From an uncultured Verrucomicrobiae bacterium (lineage in GTDB: Bacteria > Verrucomicrobiota > Verrucomicrobiia > Chthoniobacterales > Terrimicrobiaceae): a stretch of 64,000 nucleotides of DNA. Below the pieces are notes generated by a model that was given only the letters and a program-made list of their open reading frames with translations, was not told where the DNA came from and made no database searches. Below, piece after piece: positions 28,781-40,336 of this stretch; position 1 is the stretch's first letter, and the number at the start of each line of letters is the position of its first letter. Made by a program: the position numbers and the translations under genes. The stretch is from NCBI GenBank assembly GCA_963706955.1, contig CAVPOC010000003.1:384001-448000 (forward strand), in the 5' to 3' direction.

Positions 28781-31348
28781 ATGAGTCCTGAAAAATTCAC
28801 TGCCAAGATGCAAGAGGCCTTCAACGCCTCTCTGGACCTGGCCTCAAAAGCGAATCATTCTGAAATTTCCACCGAGCACTTTCTGCTGGCTCTGCTCAGG
28901 CAAGGGGATGGTCTCGCTCGGCCGCTGCTCGAGGGTTTGGGAATAAATCCGACTCAACTCGAAAAGCAGCTCGAAGCCGAGCTCTCCCGACGCGCAACCG
29001 TGCACGGCGGCGCGTCCCCGCACCTGGGCGCAGATCTTCGCAAGACGATCGATGCCGCGGAGGGCGAGATGTCCAAGCTTAAGGACGAATTTCTCAGCGC
29101 CGAACACTTCCTGCTCGCGGTGCTGAACTCTGGAACTCCTGCGGCGGCGATGCTCAAGAATGCAGGCATCAACCCGCAGAAGCTCATGCAGAGCTTGCAG
29201 AGCATCCGCGGCAACCAGCGCGTGACCGATCAGGACCCAGAAGGCAAATACCAGACTTTGGAAAAGTATGGCCGCGATCTCACCGAGCTAGCTCGTAAGG
29301 GAAAGATCGATCCGGTGATCGGCCGCGACAATGAAATCCGACGGACCATGCAGGTCCTCTCCCGTCGGACCAAAAACAACCCAGTCCTCATCGGGGAGCC
29401 AGGCGTTGGCAAGACTGCCATCGTCGAGGGACTCGCCCGACGCATTGTCGCCGGCGACGTGCCCGAATCCCTCAAGAACAAACGCATCATCGCGATGGAC
29501 ATCGGCGCCATGATCGCCGGCGCCAAGTTCCGCGGCGAGTTCGAGGACAGGCTGAAGGCCTTCCTGAAAGAGGTGACCGCCTCTGGGGGCAAGATCATCC
29601 TCTTTATCGACGAGCTCCATACCATCGTCGGCGCGGGCGCAGCCGAAGGTTCCGCGGATGCTTCAAATATGCTCAAACCCCAGCTCGCTCGCGGCGAACT
29701 GCACACCATCGGCGCCACCACGCTCGACGAATATCGCAAATACATCGAAAAGGACGCTGCCCTCGAGCGACGCTTCCAACCAGTCATGGTCGAGGAGCCA
29801 AGCGTGGAGGATACCATCGCCATCCTGCGCGGCCTCAAGGAACGTTATGAAGTGCATCATGGCGTTCGCATCCAGGATGCCGCTCTGATCGCGGCCGCCA
29901 CGCTCTCCCATCGCTACATCAGCGATCGATTTCTGCCAGACAAGGCCGTCGACCTCGTCGACGAAGCTGCCTCGCGCTTAAAGATCGAACTTGATTCGAT
30001 GCCCACCGAGATCGACCAGCTCGAACGCCAGATCATGCAACTCGAGATGGAAAAACAGGCGCTCAAGAAAGAACGGGACAACGCTAGCAAGGAGCGTCTC
30101 TCCAAGCTGGAGAAGGAGCTCGCCGATCTCAAAGAGCAGTCGAGCCGGCTCAAGGCGCAATGGCAGAAAGAAAAAGAGGAAATTACCAAATCGCAGAAAT
30201 TCGGCGAACAAATCGATCAGCTCAGAACCGAACTCGAGCAGGCGCAAAGAAGAGGAGATCTCCACCGCGCTTCGGAAATCCAATATGGGAAAATCCCGGA
30301 GCTGCAAAAGGAGCTGGATGACTTGAAAAGCAAGGAAACGGCCGGCAGCCATATCCTCCTCAAAGAGGAAGTCACCGAAGAGGACATTGCCAAGGTCGTC
30401 TCCAGCTGGACTGGCATTCCCGTGTCCCGCCTCCAGGAAGGCGAACGCCACAAGCTCGTCAAAATGGAAGAAAGGCTGATGGAGCGTGTCGTCGGCCAGG
30501 AACGGGCCATTCGCGCCGTCTCCAACGCGGTCCGCCGTGCCCGGGCGGGACTACAAGACGAAAATCGTCCGATCGGTTCCTTCATGTTCCTTGGACCGAC
30601 CGGGGTCGGAAAAACGGAACTCTCCAAGGCATTGGCCGAATTTCTCTTCGATGACGAGCGGGCCATGATCCGAATCGATATGAGCGAGTACATGGAGAAA
30701 CACACCGTGGCGCGACTCATCGGCGCACCCCCAGGCTATGTTGGCTACGAAGAGGGCGGGCAACTTAGCGAAGCCGTTCGTCGCCGACCCTATTCTGTCG
30801 TGCTCTTCGACGAGATCGAAAAAGCGCATCACGACGTCTTCAATGTCTTGCTCCAGGTGCTTGATGATGGGCGAATCACCGACGGCCAAGGCCGAACCGT
30901 TGATTTCAAGAATACGGTGATCATCATGACCTCAAACATCGGCAGCCAATATATCATGGAAGACCTCCCGAAGGAGGAGCGGGACCGCCGCGTCACCGAA
31001 GCGTTGCGAGCACATTTCCGTCCCGAGTTCCTCAATCGGATCGATGAGATCATCATCTTCGACCGTCTGGATGATCGACAGATCACCAAGATCGTCGACT
31101 TCCAACTCAAGCGGCTCCTTCAGCGCCTCGGTGATAGAAAGATCAGCTTGGAGCTCTCCGATGACGCCAAACGATTCCTGGTCAAGGAGGGTTATGATCC
31201 CGCTTACGGTGCCCGCCCCCTCAGGCGTGTCATCCAAAGAGAAATCCTCGACCCGCTAAGTCTGGAGATCCTCGACGGCAAGTTTCAGGAGGGAGATCGG
31301 ATCAACGTCCACGCCGCCGACGGCCATCTCACCTTCAAGAAGACTTGA
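28781..31348 (+). CDS. clpB: ATP-dependent chaperone ClpB
   Basis: Two AAA modules ([16 protein letters not shown]), coiled-coil M domain, [13 protein letters not shown]. Confidence 0.97.
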   Translation: MSPEKFTAKMQEAFNASLDLASKANHSEISTEHFLLALLRQGDGLARPLLEGLGINPTQLEKQLEAELSRRATVHGGASPHLGADLRKTIDAAEGEMSKLKDEFLSAEHFLLAVLNSGTPAAAMLKNAGINPQKLMQSLQSIRGNQRVTDQDPEGKYQTLEKYGRDLTELARKGKIDPVIGRDNEIRRTMQVLSRRTKNNPVLIGEPGVGKTAIVEGLARRIVAGDVPESLKNKRIIAMDIGAMIAGAKFRGEFEDRLKAFLKEVTASGGKIILFIDELHTIVGAGAAEGSADASNMLKPQLARGELHTIGATTLDEYRKYIEKDAALERRFQPVMVEEPSVEDTIAILRGLKERYEVHHGVRIQDAALIAAATLSHRYISDRFLPDKAVDLVDEAASRLKIELDSMPTEIDQLERQIMQLEMEKQALKKERDNASKERLSKLEKELADLKEQSSRLKAQWQKEKEEITKSQKFGEQIDQLRTELEQAQRRGDLHRASEIQYGKIPELQKELDDLKSKETAGSHILLKEEVTEEDIAKVVSSWTGIPVSRLQEGERHKLVKMEERLMERVVGQERAIRAVSNAVRRARAGLQDENRPIGSFMFLGPTGVGKTELSKALAEFLFDDERAMIRIDMSEYMEKHTVARLIGAPPGYVGYEEGGQLSEAVRRRPYSVVLFDEIEKAHHDVFNVLLQVLDDGRITDGQGRTVDFKNTVIIMTSNIGSQYIMEDLPKEERDRRVTEALRAHFRPEFLNRIDEIIIFDRLDDRQITKIVDFQLKRLLQRLGDRKISLELSDDAKRFLVKEGYDPAYGARPLRRVIQREILDPLSLEILDGKFQEGDRINVHAADGHLTFKKT

Positions 31349-31352
31349 TTTC

Positions 31353-31379
31353 GGCAGAAACGCACCACCGTTTTCTGCC
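31353..31379 (+). terminator. Possible clpB terminator hairpin
   Basis: GGCAGAAACG..CGTTTTCTGCC right after the stop; U-tract weak. Confidence 0.45.
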
Positions 31380-31400
31380 AAACTTTCCCAACTTTTTCTC

Positions 31401-31639
31401 TTGCTTAGGACTAGCAAGAGTTTATTTTCTCACTTCCCGCACGATTGTCGGGGAACTGGCGGAAGCACCTGAGCGTGCTTTTTTTGTCCCCATATTCCGG
31501 CGGAATGCACCGAGACAATGATAGGACCACATCCATGCACGATGGCAGCGCTCCAAAAAGCGGCGGTCCGTCTTTGTCGTCGAAAGCGAATCTCTTAAGA
31601 CTACAAAAAGGGTAAACCCTCAACCGTTCTTTATAAAAA
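31401..31639 (+). promoter_or_regulatory. S10 operon promoter and structured 5' leader
   Basis: TTGCTT-N16-TATTTT; hairpin with T7 at 31463-31485; multi-stem element at 31514-31578. Confidence 0.5.
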
Positions 31640-31957
31640 ATGTCAACTCCCGCCGGCCAACGCATACGCATCCGCCTGAAGGCCTTTGATTATCGCATCT
31701 TGGATGCTTCGGCCGCCGAGATCGTCGAGACGGCCAAGCGCACCGGCTCGAAGGTAACCGGGCCGATTCCGCTGCCGACCCGCATCGAGAAGTTTACCGT
31801 TAATCGCTCCCCGCACGTCGACAAGAAGGCGATGGATCAATTTGAGATCCGCACGCACAAGCGACTGCTGGATATCGTGGAGCCAACCGCCAAAACCGTT
31901 GATGAACTTCGCAAGCTCAATCTGCCCGCCGGAGTCGACATCACCATCAAGATCTAG
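31640..31957 (+). CDS. rpsJ: 30S ribosomal protein S10
   Basis: [23 protein letters not shown]. Confidence 0.98.
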   Translation: MSTPAGQRIRIRLKAFDYRILDASAAEIVETAKRTGSKVTGPIPLPTRIEKFTVNRSPHVDKKAMDQFEIRTHKRLLDIVEPTAKTVDELRKLNLPAGVDITIKI

Positions 31958-31959
31958 CC

Positions 31960-32613
31960 ATGAGCATAGGACTTTTAGGCAAGAAACTGGGAATGACCCG
32001 CGTCTATGACGAGAAGGGGCGCGTGATGACGGCGACGGTCATCGAGGCGGATGGAAACCGTGTCCTCCAAGTGAAGACCATGGAGAAAGATGGTTATCAC
32101 GCGGTGCAAGTCGGCTTTGGCGATCAAAAGCGGCAGCGCGTCAGCAAAGCGCAGGCCGGTCATTTTGCCAAATTATCGTGCCCGCCCAAGAAATTCGTTC
32201 GCGAGTTTCGTCTTGCGAACGAGGAGGCGGTCCCTGACCACGCCGGCGACCTCCCCCTGACCGTATTCGAGGTAGGGCAGTTTGTGGACGTCATCGGACA
32301 ATCCAAGGGCAAAGGCTTCCAAGGAGTCGTCAAGAAGCACAATTTTGAAGGCCAACCCGCCAGCCATGGCTCGATGATGCATCGTCGCAACGGCGCCATC
32401 GGCAACCGCTCCACGCCCGGCCGCGTCTGGAAAAACATGGGAATGCCCGGTCATCTCGGCGACGAACGGGTGACTGTTCAGAATTTGCGCGTTGTTCAAG
32501 TGCGCCAAGAAGATGGGGTCATCCTTGTTAGCGGCGCGGTTCCCGGCGCCAAGGGATCGAATGTGATCGTGCGCCCCGCCAAGAAGAAACCATTGACCGC
32601 TGAAAAGGACTAG
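31960..32613 (+). CDS. rplC: 50S ribosomal protein L3
   Basis: GKKLGMT, SKGKGFQG, MPGHLG. Confidence 0.97.
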   Translation: MSIGLLGKKLGMTRVYDEKGRVMTATVIEADGNRVLQVKTMEKDGYHAVQVGFGDQKRQRVSKAQAGHFAKLSCPPKKFVREFRLANEEAVPDHAGDLPLTVFEVGQFVDVIGQSKGKGFQGVVKKHNFEGQPASHGSMMHRRNGAIGNRSTPGRVWKNMGMPGHLGDERVTVQNLRVVQVRQEDGVILVSGAVPGAKGSNVIVRPAKKKPLTAEKD

Positions 32614-32615
32614 CG

Positions 32616-33230
32616 ATGAGCGCAACCATTTTCACCGCGGAAGAGGCTCGGAAGGCAAATATCGAACTGATCACCGAGCCAGAGAAAGGCCGTCAGGCCG
32701 TGCATGATGTTGTTGTGGCCTTGCGCGCAAATCGCCGTCGCGGCACCGCCAGCACGAAGACCAAGGCGGATGTCCGCTTGAGCGGCGCCAAACCCTGGCG
32801 CCAGAAGGGCACCGGCCGCGCGCGCGCCGGCTACAAATCGTCACCGGTTTGGGTTGGAGGCGGCGTCGCCTTCGGACCGCATCCGCGCGACTACTCCAAG
32901 AAAGTGCCGAAAAAGGTCAAGACGCTGGCGTTCCGAAAAGCCCTCAGTGAGCGCGTCCTGGCCGGCGACGTCCTCCTCGTCGAGGATTTCAAAGTTAATG
33001 AAGCCAAGACCAAGCAGTTCCTCACTCTGGTTGCGGACACAGCCGGAAATGTACGGAAGATGTTGATTGTCGGGAATGGCTTTGACGAGAAGACCTGTCT
33101 GGCCGCGCGCAATGTGCGGGATACACTCCTGACACGCGCCGCCGAGGTCAACACCGAGCAACTCCTGGCCTTCGACAAGGTCATCGTTACCAGAGACGCG
33201 CTCGCCACGCTCTCCGAAAGACTCGCCTGA
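32616..33230 (+). CDS. rplD: 50S ribosomal protein L4
   Basis: [22 protein letters not shown]. Confidence 0.97.
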   Translation: MSATIFTAEEARKANIELITEPEKGRQAVHDVVVALRANRRRGTASTKTKADVRLSGAKPWRQKGTGRARAGYKSSPVWVGGGVAFGPHPRDYSKKVPKKVKTLAFRKALSERVLAGDVLLVEDFKVNEAKTKQFLTLVADTAGNVRKMLIVGNGFDEKTCLAARNVRDTLLTRAAEVNTEQLLAFDKVIVTRDALATLSERLA

Positions 33231-33514
33231 TGAAAGCATCGTTCGATCAGATTCAAACCGTGATTCTCACCGAGAAGGCGACTCTGCTCTCCGAGAAAAA
33301 CAACCAATACGTCTTTCGCGTCAGCCCGAAGGCCAACAAGATCGAGATCAAGCGCGCTGTCGAGGAGCTCTTCAAGAAAACGGTAGTCCATGTCAATACC
33401 GCCAACTTCGCCGGCAAGAAAAAGCGCGAGCGAACCGCTAGCTTCGGGCGGCGGGCAAATTGGAAGAAGGCGGTGGTGACGCTGAAGGAAGGCGAGAAGA
33501 TCGAGCTCGTTTAA
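33230..33514 (+). CDS. rplW: 50S ribosomal protein L23
   Basis: [23 protein letters not shown]. Confidence 0.96.
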   Translation: MKASFDQIQTVILTEKATLLSEKNNQYVFRVSPKANKIEIKRAVEELFKKTVVHVNTANFAGKKKRERTASFGRRANWKKAVVTLKEGEKIELV

Positions 33515-33519
33515 GCACT

Positions 33520-34368
33520 ATGGCACTTAAAAACTTTAGACCGCTAACTCCCTCCAATCGGTTCAAGTCGCTTCCAGCCTTCTCCGAGATCACTAAGGAC
33601 AAGCCTGAGAAGTCTCTGACCGCCGTTCGGAAGCGAACTGGTGGTCGCAACAACGCTGGCCGTATGACCATGCGCCATCGTGGCGGCGGACATAAGAGAA
33701 AGTATCGGTTAGTCGACTTCAAGCGAAAGAAGCAAGGGGTCGTCGCAGAAGTCCTCGCGATCGAATACGATCCGAATCGCTCCGCTCGCATCGCCCTCCT
33801 GCAATATTCCGATGGCGAAAAAGCCTACATCCTTGCTCCGGTCGGGCTGGCGGTCGGCGCCAAGGTGAATGCGGGAGAAACCGCCGACCCGTCCATCGGC
33901 AATGCCCTCCCGCTAAAAGCCATCCCTCTCGGCACCGCCATTCACAACATTGAGATCATCCCGGGTCGCGGCGCCCAAATGGTCCGCAGCGCAGGTTCCC
34001 AAGCGACTCTCGCCAACCGCGAAGGCGGATATGCCCTGATCAAACTCGCCTCCGGCGAAATCCGCAGAATCAACGAGGAGTGCTACGCCACCATAGGTCA
34101 GGTCGGTAATACCGACCATATGAATGTCTCCAGTGGAAAGGCCGGCCGAACTCGCTGGCTGGGGCGACGCCCCCACGTCCGGGGCATGGTCATGAATCCA
34201 ATCGACCATCCCATGGGCGGTGGACAGGGGAAGAGTAAAGGTGGAGGCGGGCGTCATCACCCGATGAGTCCGTGGGGACAACTGGCCAAAGGATATAAGA
34301 CTCGACGCAAACACAAACCCTCCGATCGTTTCATCATCCAGCGACGCAAAGGCAAGGTTCAGAATTAA
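33520..34368 (+). CDS. rplB: 50S ribosomal protein L2
   Basis: [26 protein letters not shown]. Confidence 0.98.
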   Translation: MALKNFRPLTPSNRFKSLPAFSEITKDKPEKSLTAVRKRTGGRNNAGRMTMRHRGGGHKRKYRLVDFKRKKQGVVAEVLAIEYDPNRSARIALLQYSDGEKAYILAPVGLAVGAKVNAGETADPSIGNALPLKAIPLGTAIHNIEIIPGRGAQMVRSAGSQATLANREGGYALIKLASGEIRRINEECYATIGQVGNTDHMNVSSGKAGRTRWLGRRPHVRGMVMNPIDHPMGGGQGKSKGGGGRHHPMSPWGQLAKGYKTRRKHKPSDRFIIQRRKGKVQN

Positions 34369-34373
34369 GCTCT

Positions 34374-34652
34374 ATGGCACGTTCTTTAAAAAAGGGACCG
34401 TTCGTTGAGTGGAAACTCCTCGACAAAATCGACCGGATGAACGAATCCGGCGCGAAAAAGCCGATCAAGACCTGGTCGCGCCGAAGCACGGTAACGCCGG
34501 ACTTTGTGGGCCACACCTTCAATGTGCACAATGGCAAGACCTTCATCCCGGTCTTCGTCACTGAAAACATGGTCGGCCATAAGCTTGGTGAGTTTTCTCC
34601 AACCCGAATCTTTAAAAAGCACGGTTCTCACACCGCAAAAGTGACCAAATAG
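34374..34652 (+). CDS. rpsS: 30S ribosomal protein S19
   Basis: [23 protein letters not shown]. Confidence 0.98.
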   Translation: MARSLKKGPFVEWKLLDKIDRMNESGAKKPIKTWSRRSTVTPDFVGHTFNVHNGKTFIPVFVTENMVGHKLGEFSPTRIFKKHGSHTAKVTK

Positions 34653-34655
34653 AAT

Positions 34656-35462
34656 ATGGGGCACGCTGCGATAGCGGCGGCGCTTCTCGCTCTGCTCCCC
34701 GTCGCCAGACTGGAAGCACAGGGCAATCGATCTTTGACAGACTCTGAAAACCGAATCCTTCTCGCGCAGGGGGCCACGATCACCGTGCCCGATCCTGAAG
34801 GCGAAAAGGAAGAAACCGTCGAGGCGCTGCAGGAACAAATCCTCCTGCTTCGCTCGGCCATACGGTCGCTTACCGAAAGCCTCGCCATTTCCAATAGCGA
34901 AGCGGAAACCTTCAAGCGGCAAGCGACCGACCTCACCCTCAAGATTGAAGCGCTCGGAATTCCGGACACGGAAAACGATCGAGGCAAGCTCGAACAGAAG
35001 TTGCTCGCGGCGGTGCGCGACCTCCGCCTGTTGAAAAAACAGCACGAGGCCAGCGTCAATCAGCTGGTTCGTCTTACCGAAGCCATCCAGGTCGTGCTCA
35101 AGAGCACCGAAGAAATCGATCCGCAAGCGCGGCTCGCAGTGGAAACCGAGCTTCGCAAGACAAGCGAGATCCTTGGCACTCCACACGCTGCGCAAACCCG
35201 CGGTCCAGTAGAAGCCACTCTCAACGATGGAATGGTCGTTGACGTGAAGGACGATCTCGCCCTCGTGGTGGCAAACATTGGCGAAAAACAAGGCGTGCGT
35301 GTCGGGATGCCCTTCCAGATTTGGCGGGAGGACAAACGCATCGGCGAAGTGCGCGTGGTGGACGTGCGCAAGACCATCTGCGGAGCGGTAATTCAGAGTC
35401 TCGAGTCGGAAAAAGAGCCGGTGAAAACCGGTGACCGTCTTAAAGTGGATGCCCAGCACTGA
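34656..35462 (+). CDS. Exported coiled-coil protein with C-terminal beta domain, inserted in the S10 operon
   Basis: 268-aa ORF filling the rpsS-rplV gap; signal peptide (..LEA/Q), heptad-rich middle, VVANIGEKQGVRVG..F.I.R...IG.VRV...GDRL. Confidence 0.85.
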   Translation: MGHAAIAAALLALLPVARLEAQGNRSLTDSENRILLAQGATITVPDPEGEKEETVEALQEQILLLRSAIRSLTESLAISNSEAETFKRQATDLTLKIEALGIPDTENDRGKLEQKLLAAVRDLRLLKKQHEASVNQLVRLTEAIQVVLKSTEEIDPQARLAVETELRKTSEILGTPHAAQTRGPVEATLNDGMVVDVKDDLALVVANIGEKQGVRVGMPFQIWREDKRIGEVRVVDVRKTICGAVIQSLESEKEPVKTGDRLKVDAQH

Positions 35463-35491
35463 CCCAAACGAAAATTAACATATCACCAACA

Positions 35492-35968
35492 ATGCAGGTT
35501 CGATCGACATACCGTTTTGCGCGGATCTCCGCGTTCAAAGCGCGTGAGGTCACGCGCGAGATCCAAGGTCTTCCCGCCTCGGATGCTCTCAACTTGCTGC
35601 GCTTTGTCCCCAAGAAAGCGGCTAGTCTGGTCCGGAAGACGCTGGCCAGCGCCGTGGCCAATGCCGAAAACAACAACAATCTCAACCTCGAGAACCTGGT
35701 CATCCAAGAAGCGGTTGTGGGCGAAGGTCCGACCGCCAAGCGCTTTCAACCCAAGGCCCGCGGCAGTGCGGGTCCCATTCGCAAGCGCACCAGCCATATC
35801 AGGATCATCCTTACCGACGAAATTGAAATAAAGCGGCGCGAACAGCGCGACCGCAAGAAGTCGAAAAAATCTTCCTCGACCAAGCCGGCAAAAGGGAAAT
35901 CGAGAAGGAAAGAAACGAAAGAGGCGCAAGCCGCGCAGCCCGAGGCTGCGCCAGAATCCAAGGAGTAA
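35492..35968 (+). CDS. rplV: 50S ribosomal protein L22
   Basis: ARISAFKAR, SAVANA, ARG.A..IRKRTSHI; Lys-rich C-terminal tail. Confidence 0.97.
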   Translation: MQVRSTYRFARISAFKAREVTREIQGLPASDALNLLRFVPKKAASLVRKTLASAVANAENNNNLNLENLVIQEAVVGEGPTAKRFQPKARGSAGPIRKRTSHIRIILTDEIEIKRREQRDRKKSKKSSSTKPAKGKSRRKETKEAQAAQPEAAPESKE

Positions 35969-35971
35969 ATC

Positions 35972-36679
35972 ATGGGACAGAAAGTCAACCCAATCGGCTT
36001 CCGGCTTCCGATCAGCCGCGACTGGTCCTCGAGGTGGTATGCATCGCGCAAAGACTTTGCCGACTACTTGCTTGCTGATGGCAAGATCCGCGGGTTCCTG
36101 CACAAGAAATTGAGGCAGGCGGCCGTAGCACGCATTGTCATCGAGCGCGCTTGGAACAGTCTGCGCGTGACCATCCACACGGCACGCCCGGGGGTCGTCA
36201 TTGGACGCAAGGGTTCCGAGATCGAGAAAATGACGGAGGAAATCTCGCGCCTCGCCGGCGGCAAGCAGGTGAAGATCGACATTATCGAGATCAAGGTGCC
36301 TGATATTGAAGCTCAACTGGTGGCAGAAAACGTCGCCTCACAGCTCGAGCGCCGTATTTCCTTTCGCCGCGCGATGAAACGCGCTGTGCAATTGGCCATG
36401 GAGCAAGGAGCTCTTGGAATCAAGATTCGCTGCTCCGGCCGGCTTGGCGGCGCGGAGATTGCCCGCACCGAATGGTATCGCGAGGGCAAAATCCCTCTCC
36501 ACACCATGCGCCAACCAATCGACTACGGATTTACCGAAGCTTCAACGGTCGCGGGGAAGATTGGCGTAAAGTGTTGGATCTGCAAAAAACCGACCACGCC
36601 CGAAAGCGAGGATCAGAAGCAGCAACAGTTTTCCAAGGAACGCCAGCGCGCTCCGAAGCCCGAAACCCCTACCGTCTGA
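35972..36679 (+). CDS. rpsC: 30S ribosomal protein S3
   Basis: [28 protein letters not shown]. Confidence 0.98.
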   Translation: MGQKVNPIGFRLPISRDWSSRWYASRKDFADYLLADGKIRGFLHKKLRQAAVARIVIERAWNSLRVTIHTARPGVVIGRKGSEIEKMTEEISRLAGGKQVKIDIIEIKVPDIEAQLVAENVASQLERRISFRRAMKRAVQLAMEQGALGIKIRCSGRLGGAEIARTEWYREGKIPLHTMRQPIDYGFTEASTVAGKIGVKCWICKKPTTPESEDQKQQQFSKERQRAPKPETPTV

Positions 36680-36696
36680 CCTGAGAGGAGCCAGCC

Positions 36697-37119
36697 ATGC
36701 CACTGATGCCCAAACGCGTAAAGTATCGCAAGAGCCAGCGTGGAAGTCGCGCCGGAAATGCTTCACGCACCTTGACCATCGATTTTGGCGAGTTCGGACT
36801 CCAAACTCTGGACCGCGCCTGGATCACCAACGTTCAAATTGAGGCTGCCCGCGTAGCCATGACCAGACACATGAAGCGCAAGGGCAAGCTCTGGATCCGC
36901 ATCTTCCCTGATAAGTCCGTGACGGCGCGCCCCCCCGAAACCCGCATGGGAAAAGGCAAGGGTAATCCAGAGCATTGGGTCGCGGTCGTCCGCCCGGGCA
37001 ACGTCCTCTTCGAGCTGGACGGCGTTTCAGAAAGCATTGCCCGGGAATCGCTGCGCCTGGCCGCTAACAAGCTCCCCGTCCGCACACGCTTCCTCTCGCG
37101 CCACCGTGCCGCAAAGTAA
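36697..37119 (+). CDS. rplP: 50S ribosomal protein L16
   Basis: [22 protein letters not shown]. Confidence 0.98.
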   Translation: MPLMPKRVKYRKSQRGSRAGNASRTLTIDFGEFGLQTLDRAWITNVQIEAARVAMTRHMKRKGKLWIRIFPDKSVTARPPETRMGKGKGNPEHWVAVVRPGNVLFELDGVSESIARESLRLAANKLPVRTRFLSRHRAAK

Positions 37120-37125
37120 TTGGTC

Positions 37126-37365
37126 ATGAAGATCGCCGAAGTTAAGGAACTCACCATCAAGGAACTCGAGACGCGCAAGCGCGAGACCCGGCAGGAAATT
37201 TTCAACCTGCGGATCCAACAGCAGGCGGGCCAACTGGAAAAGCCTCATATGCTGCGTTCCCTCCGTCGGGACGCGGCCCGCCTTGATACCGTCCTCACAG
37301 AAAAGCGGAAGGCTCTAGAAAGCGGGACATCTCCGACACCTTCCCCGGCCCAGAAGAGATCATGA
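37126..37365 (+). CDS. rpmC: 50S ribosomal protein L29
   Basis: EIFNLRIQ..GQLEKPH.LR..RR; synteny. Confidence 0.93.
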   Translation: MKIAEVKELTIKELETRKRETRQEIFNLRIQQQAGQLEKPHMLRSLRRDAARLDTVLTEKRKALESGTSPTPSPAQKRS

Positions 37366-37685
37366 ACGAAACAGCTTCAGAATCGCCCTCGCAGCAAGAA
37401 ACCAAAGCTCCCGACCAGCCGACAGCGGTGAACGAGACGCGACGCAACCTGCGCAAAACCCGGGTGGGCCAAGTCGTCTCAGACTCAATGAACAAGACGA
37501 TCGTGGTTCGGACGGTCACCCGTGTGCCGCACCAGAAATTCGGGAAGATCGTCAAGCACGTAAAGAAGTTCTACGTTCACGACGAGAAGAATGCGGCCAA
37601 AGTTGGGGATCGTGTTTCCTTTATGGAAACTCGACCGCTCTCCCGCCTGAAACGCTGGAGGCTCGTCGAAGTCCTCAAACATTAG
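37362..37685 (+). CDS. rpsQ: 30S ribosomal protein S17
   Basis: [23 protein letters not shown]. Confidence 0.96.
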   Translation: MNETASESPSQQETKAPDQPTAVNETRRNLRKTRVGQVVSDSMNKTIVVRTVTRVPHQKFGKIVKHVKKFYVHDEKNAAKVGDRVSFMETRPLSRLKRWRLVEVLKH

Positions 37686-37725
37686 TCCGAGCAATCACCG
37701 ATTCGAACCTTTACCTCCGATTCCT

Positions 37726-38091
37726 ATGATCCAGATCCGATCCCGTCTCGATGTCGCGGACAACACCGGCGCTCGCATGGCCACGATGATTGGCGTCATT
37801 GGCAAAGCCTCGATGAAGGCCCACGTCGGTGATGTCATTACGGCCAACGTCAAGGAGGCTTCCTCAGGAGGCACCGTCAAGAAGGGCGAGGTCGTCCGTG
37901 CAGTCGTAGTCCGAACGAAACATCCGATCAAGCGTCAGGACGGCTCCTACCTTCGTTTCGACAACAACGCGATCGTGATTATCGACAAGGACCTCAATCC
38001 GCGCGGAACGCGTATCTTTGGTCCAGTCGCCCGCGAACTGCGCGAGAAGAACTTCATGAAGATCATCTCCCTCGCGCCGGAAGTCCTATGA
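37726..38091 (+). CDS. rplN: 50S ribosomal protein L14
   Basis: [26 protein letters not shown]. Confidence 0.98.
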   Translation: MIQIRSRLDVADNTGARMATMIGVIGKASMKAHVGDVITANVKEASSGGTVKKGEVVRAVVVRTKHPIKRQDGSYLRFDNNAIVIIDKDLNPRGTRIFGPVARELREKNFMKIISLAPEVL

Positions 38092-38363
38092 GCAGCCCAA
38101 AATTCCACGTTAAACGCGGGGATACCGTTCAGGTGATTTCCGGGAACCACCGTGGATCCTCGGGCAAGATCCTCAAGGTGCTCCCCGACAAGGCGCAGGT
38201 CATCATCGAGGGAGTTCGCCTTATCAAGAAACACCAACGCAAGACGCAGGACAACCCGAACGGCGCAATCATCCAGCGGGAAGGCCCGATCCACATTTCC
38301 AACGTGAAAATTGTCGAGCGCGCGAGCCCGGAGAAAGAGAAGCGGAAGAAGAAAGCCGCCTAG
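38088..38363 (+). CDS. rplX: 50S ribosomal protein L24
   Basis: [20 protein letters not shown]. Confidence 0.96.
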   Translation: MSSPKFHVKRGDTVQVISGNHRGSSGKILKVLPDKAQVIIEGVRLIKKHQRKTQDNPNGAIIQREGPIHISNVKIVERASPEKEKRKKKAA

Positions 38364-38392
38364 GCCTTTCTTACAGACAACCATCGAGCACT

Positions 38393-39010
38393 ATGCCAAC
38401 GCAACCAGATCCGGAGCTTCTTGCAGAATACAAGGAGCGCGTCATTCCTACCCTGCGGGAGAAGCACGGCTACAAGAACGTGCACGAGATTCCCAAGGTC
38501 GCCAAGGTGGTCGTGAACTGTTCGGTGGGCGCCGGCGCCGACAGCAAAGAGGCCCTCGACATCGCCAAGTCGGAAATTGGCCTGATCACCGGCCAGCGGC
38601 CTATTGCGACGCTCTCCAAGAAAAGCATCGCCAACTTCAAACTTCGAAAAGGCCAGGCCATCGGCGCCAAAGTGACCCTTCGCGGACGGATCATGTACGA
38701 GTTCCTCGAGCGGTTGATCAAGATGTCGCTTCCGCGCATCCGTGACTTTCGCGGCGTTTCGACGAAATCGTTTGACGGCAATGGCAATTATACCCTCGGT
38801 GTCTCCGATCAATCCATTTTTCCTGAGATAGAGCTCGACCAAATCAAACGTAACATCGGTTTTGACATCACCATCGTCACGACCGCGCGCAACGACGAAG
38901 AGGCCAAATCGCTCCTGACTGAGCTTGGCATGCCCTTCGCCGACAAGGCGAAGAAGCCGGTGCGCAAAACAGAGGAGCAGCCAGAGGAAGCCGCCGGAGC
39001 GGTTGCCTAA
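38393..39010 (+). CDS. rplE: 50S ribosomal protein L5
   Basis: ITGQRP, SIANFKLR, LPRIRDFRG, FDGNGNY. Confidence 0.97.
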   Translation: MPTQPDPELLAEYKERVIPTLREKHGYKNVHEIPKVAKVVVNCSVGAGADSKEALDIAKSEIGLITGQRPIATLSKKSIANFKLRKGQAIGAKVTLRGRIMYEFLERLIKMSLPRIRDFRGVSTKSFDGNGNYTLGVSDQSIFPEIELDQIKRNIGFDITIVTTARNDEEAKSLLTELGMPFADKAKKPVRKTEEQPEEAAGAVA

Positions 39011-39028
39011 CTACTGCCCATTTAGTAA

Positions 39029-39421
39029 ATGACCGATCCAATTGCAGATATGCTCACACGGCTGCGCAATGCAGCCCGCGCTCACAAGACCGAATTCGTG
39101 GTACCCTATTCCAAACTGAAAAGCGAAATCGCCCGCATTTTGGAAAAGGAGGGCTACATTGCGGGCTTCGAACTTGAGACGACCCACAAAGTGCGTCCCA
39201 ATCTCAAGATCAGGAACAAGTTTGTCAATAAGACCTCGGCCATCGCCGGTCTCAAACGGGTTAGTAAACCTGGCTTGCGCCGCTACGTAAAAGCCGATGA
39301 AGTTCCCCGAGTGCTCGGCGGGATGGGCATAGCGGTGCTCTCCACCTCCCAAGGAGTGCTCACCGGTCAAGAAGCCCGGAGGCAAAACGTTGGCGGGGAA
39401 TTGCTCGCCTATATCTGGTAA
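39029..39421 (+). CDS. rpsH: 30S ribosomal protein S8
   Basis: DPIADMLTRLRNA, SKPGLRRY, VGGE. Confidence 0.98.
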   Translation: MTDPIADMLTRLRNAARAHKTEFVVPYSKLKSEIARILEKEGYIAGFELETTHKVRPNLKIRNKFVNKTSAIAGLKRVSKPGLRRYVKADEVPRVLGGMGIAVLSTSQGVLTGQEARRQNVGGELLAYIW

Positions 39422-39425
39422 AGCC

Positions 39426-39965
39426 ATGTCTCGAATCGGAAGAAAACCCATTGAAGTGCCTCCCAAAGTGACGGTCAACGTTGGCTCGGAAGGCGCCGTC
39501 AGCGTGGAGGGCCCGAAAGGCAAGCTGTCTTGGAATCTGCCAAAAACTGTCAGTGCTCGCGTCGAAGGGAGCACGGTGAGCGTCGCGCGCAGTGATGAGA
39601 GCAGGCAAGGCAAAGCACTGCATGGACTCTCCCGCGCGCTGATTGCCAATATGGTCACCGGAGTCACTGTCGGCTTTAAGAAGGAGCTCGAGATCCAGGG
39701 CGTCGGCTTTAAGGCAACGGTGCAAGGCCAGAAGCTCAACCTCAGTCTCGGCAAATCGCACCCGATCCTTTTCCAAATCCCCGCCGAGGTGAAGATCACG
39801 GTCGCCGACAGCACCAAGATCACCATCGAAGGGGCTGATAAGCACCTCGTCGGCCAAACCGCCGCGGATATTCGCTCCTTTTATCCACCGGAGCCTTACA
39901 AGGGGAAGGGCGTCCGCTACGTCGGAGAACAGGTTCGCCGCAAAGAGGGCAAAACCGTCCAGTAA
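39426..39965 (+). CDS. rplF: 50S ribosomal protein L6
   Basis: MSRIGRKP, GPKGKL, PEPYKGKG. Confidence 0.98.
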   Translation: MSRIGRKPIEVPPKVTVNVGSEGAVSVEGPKGKLSWNLPKTVSARVEGSTVSVARSDESRQGKALHGLSRALIANMVTGVTVGFKKELEIQGVGFKATVQGQKLNLSLGKSHPILFQIPAEVKITVADSTKITIEGADKHLVGQTAADIRSFYPPEPYKGKGVRYVGEQVRRKEGKTVQ

Positions 39966-39968
39966 GCC

Positions 39969-40328
39969 ATGTCCGCATCCACCAGCAAACGTCGAGTCCG
40001 TCACAAGCGTCTTCGTAAGAAAGTCGCAGGCACACCCGAGCGGCCGCGTCTCGCCGTCCATTTCTCCCAACGCCACATTACGGCGCAAGTCATCGACGAC
40101 ACGGGGGGCCAGACGCTCGCCTCGGTCCATACGACCGAGCCTGCACTTCGCGCGGCCAAGAAGGGGCGCTCAGACGTGCCCACGGCCGCGAAGGTGGGCA
40201 AACTGATCGCCGAGCGCGGGGTATCCAGCAAGGTTAAGCAAGTCATTTTCGACCGCGGAGGTTACAAGTACCACGGCAAAGTCAAGGCCCTTGCGGATGC
40301 GGCCCGCGAAGGCGGCTTGGAATTCTAA
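39969..40328 (+). CDS. rplR: 50S ribosomal protein L18
   Basis: [25 protein letters not shown]. Confidence 0.97.
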   Translation: MSASTSKRRVRHKRLRKKVAGTPERPRLAVHFSQRHITAQVIDDTGGQTLASVHTTEPALRAAKKGRSDVPTAAKVGKLIAERGVSSKVKQVIFDRGGYKYHGKVKALADAAREGGLEF

Positions 40329-40336
40329 AATTATCT

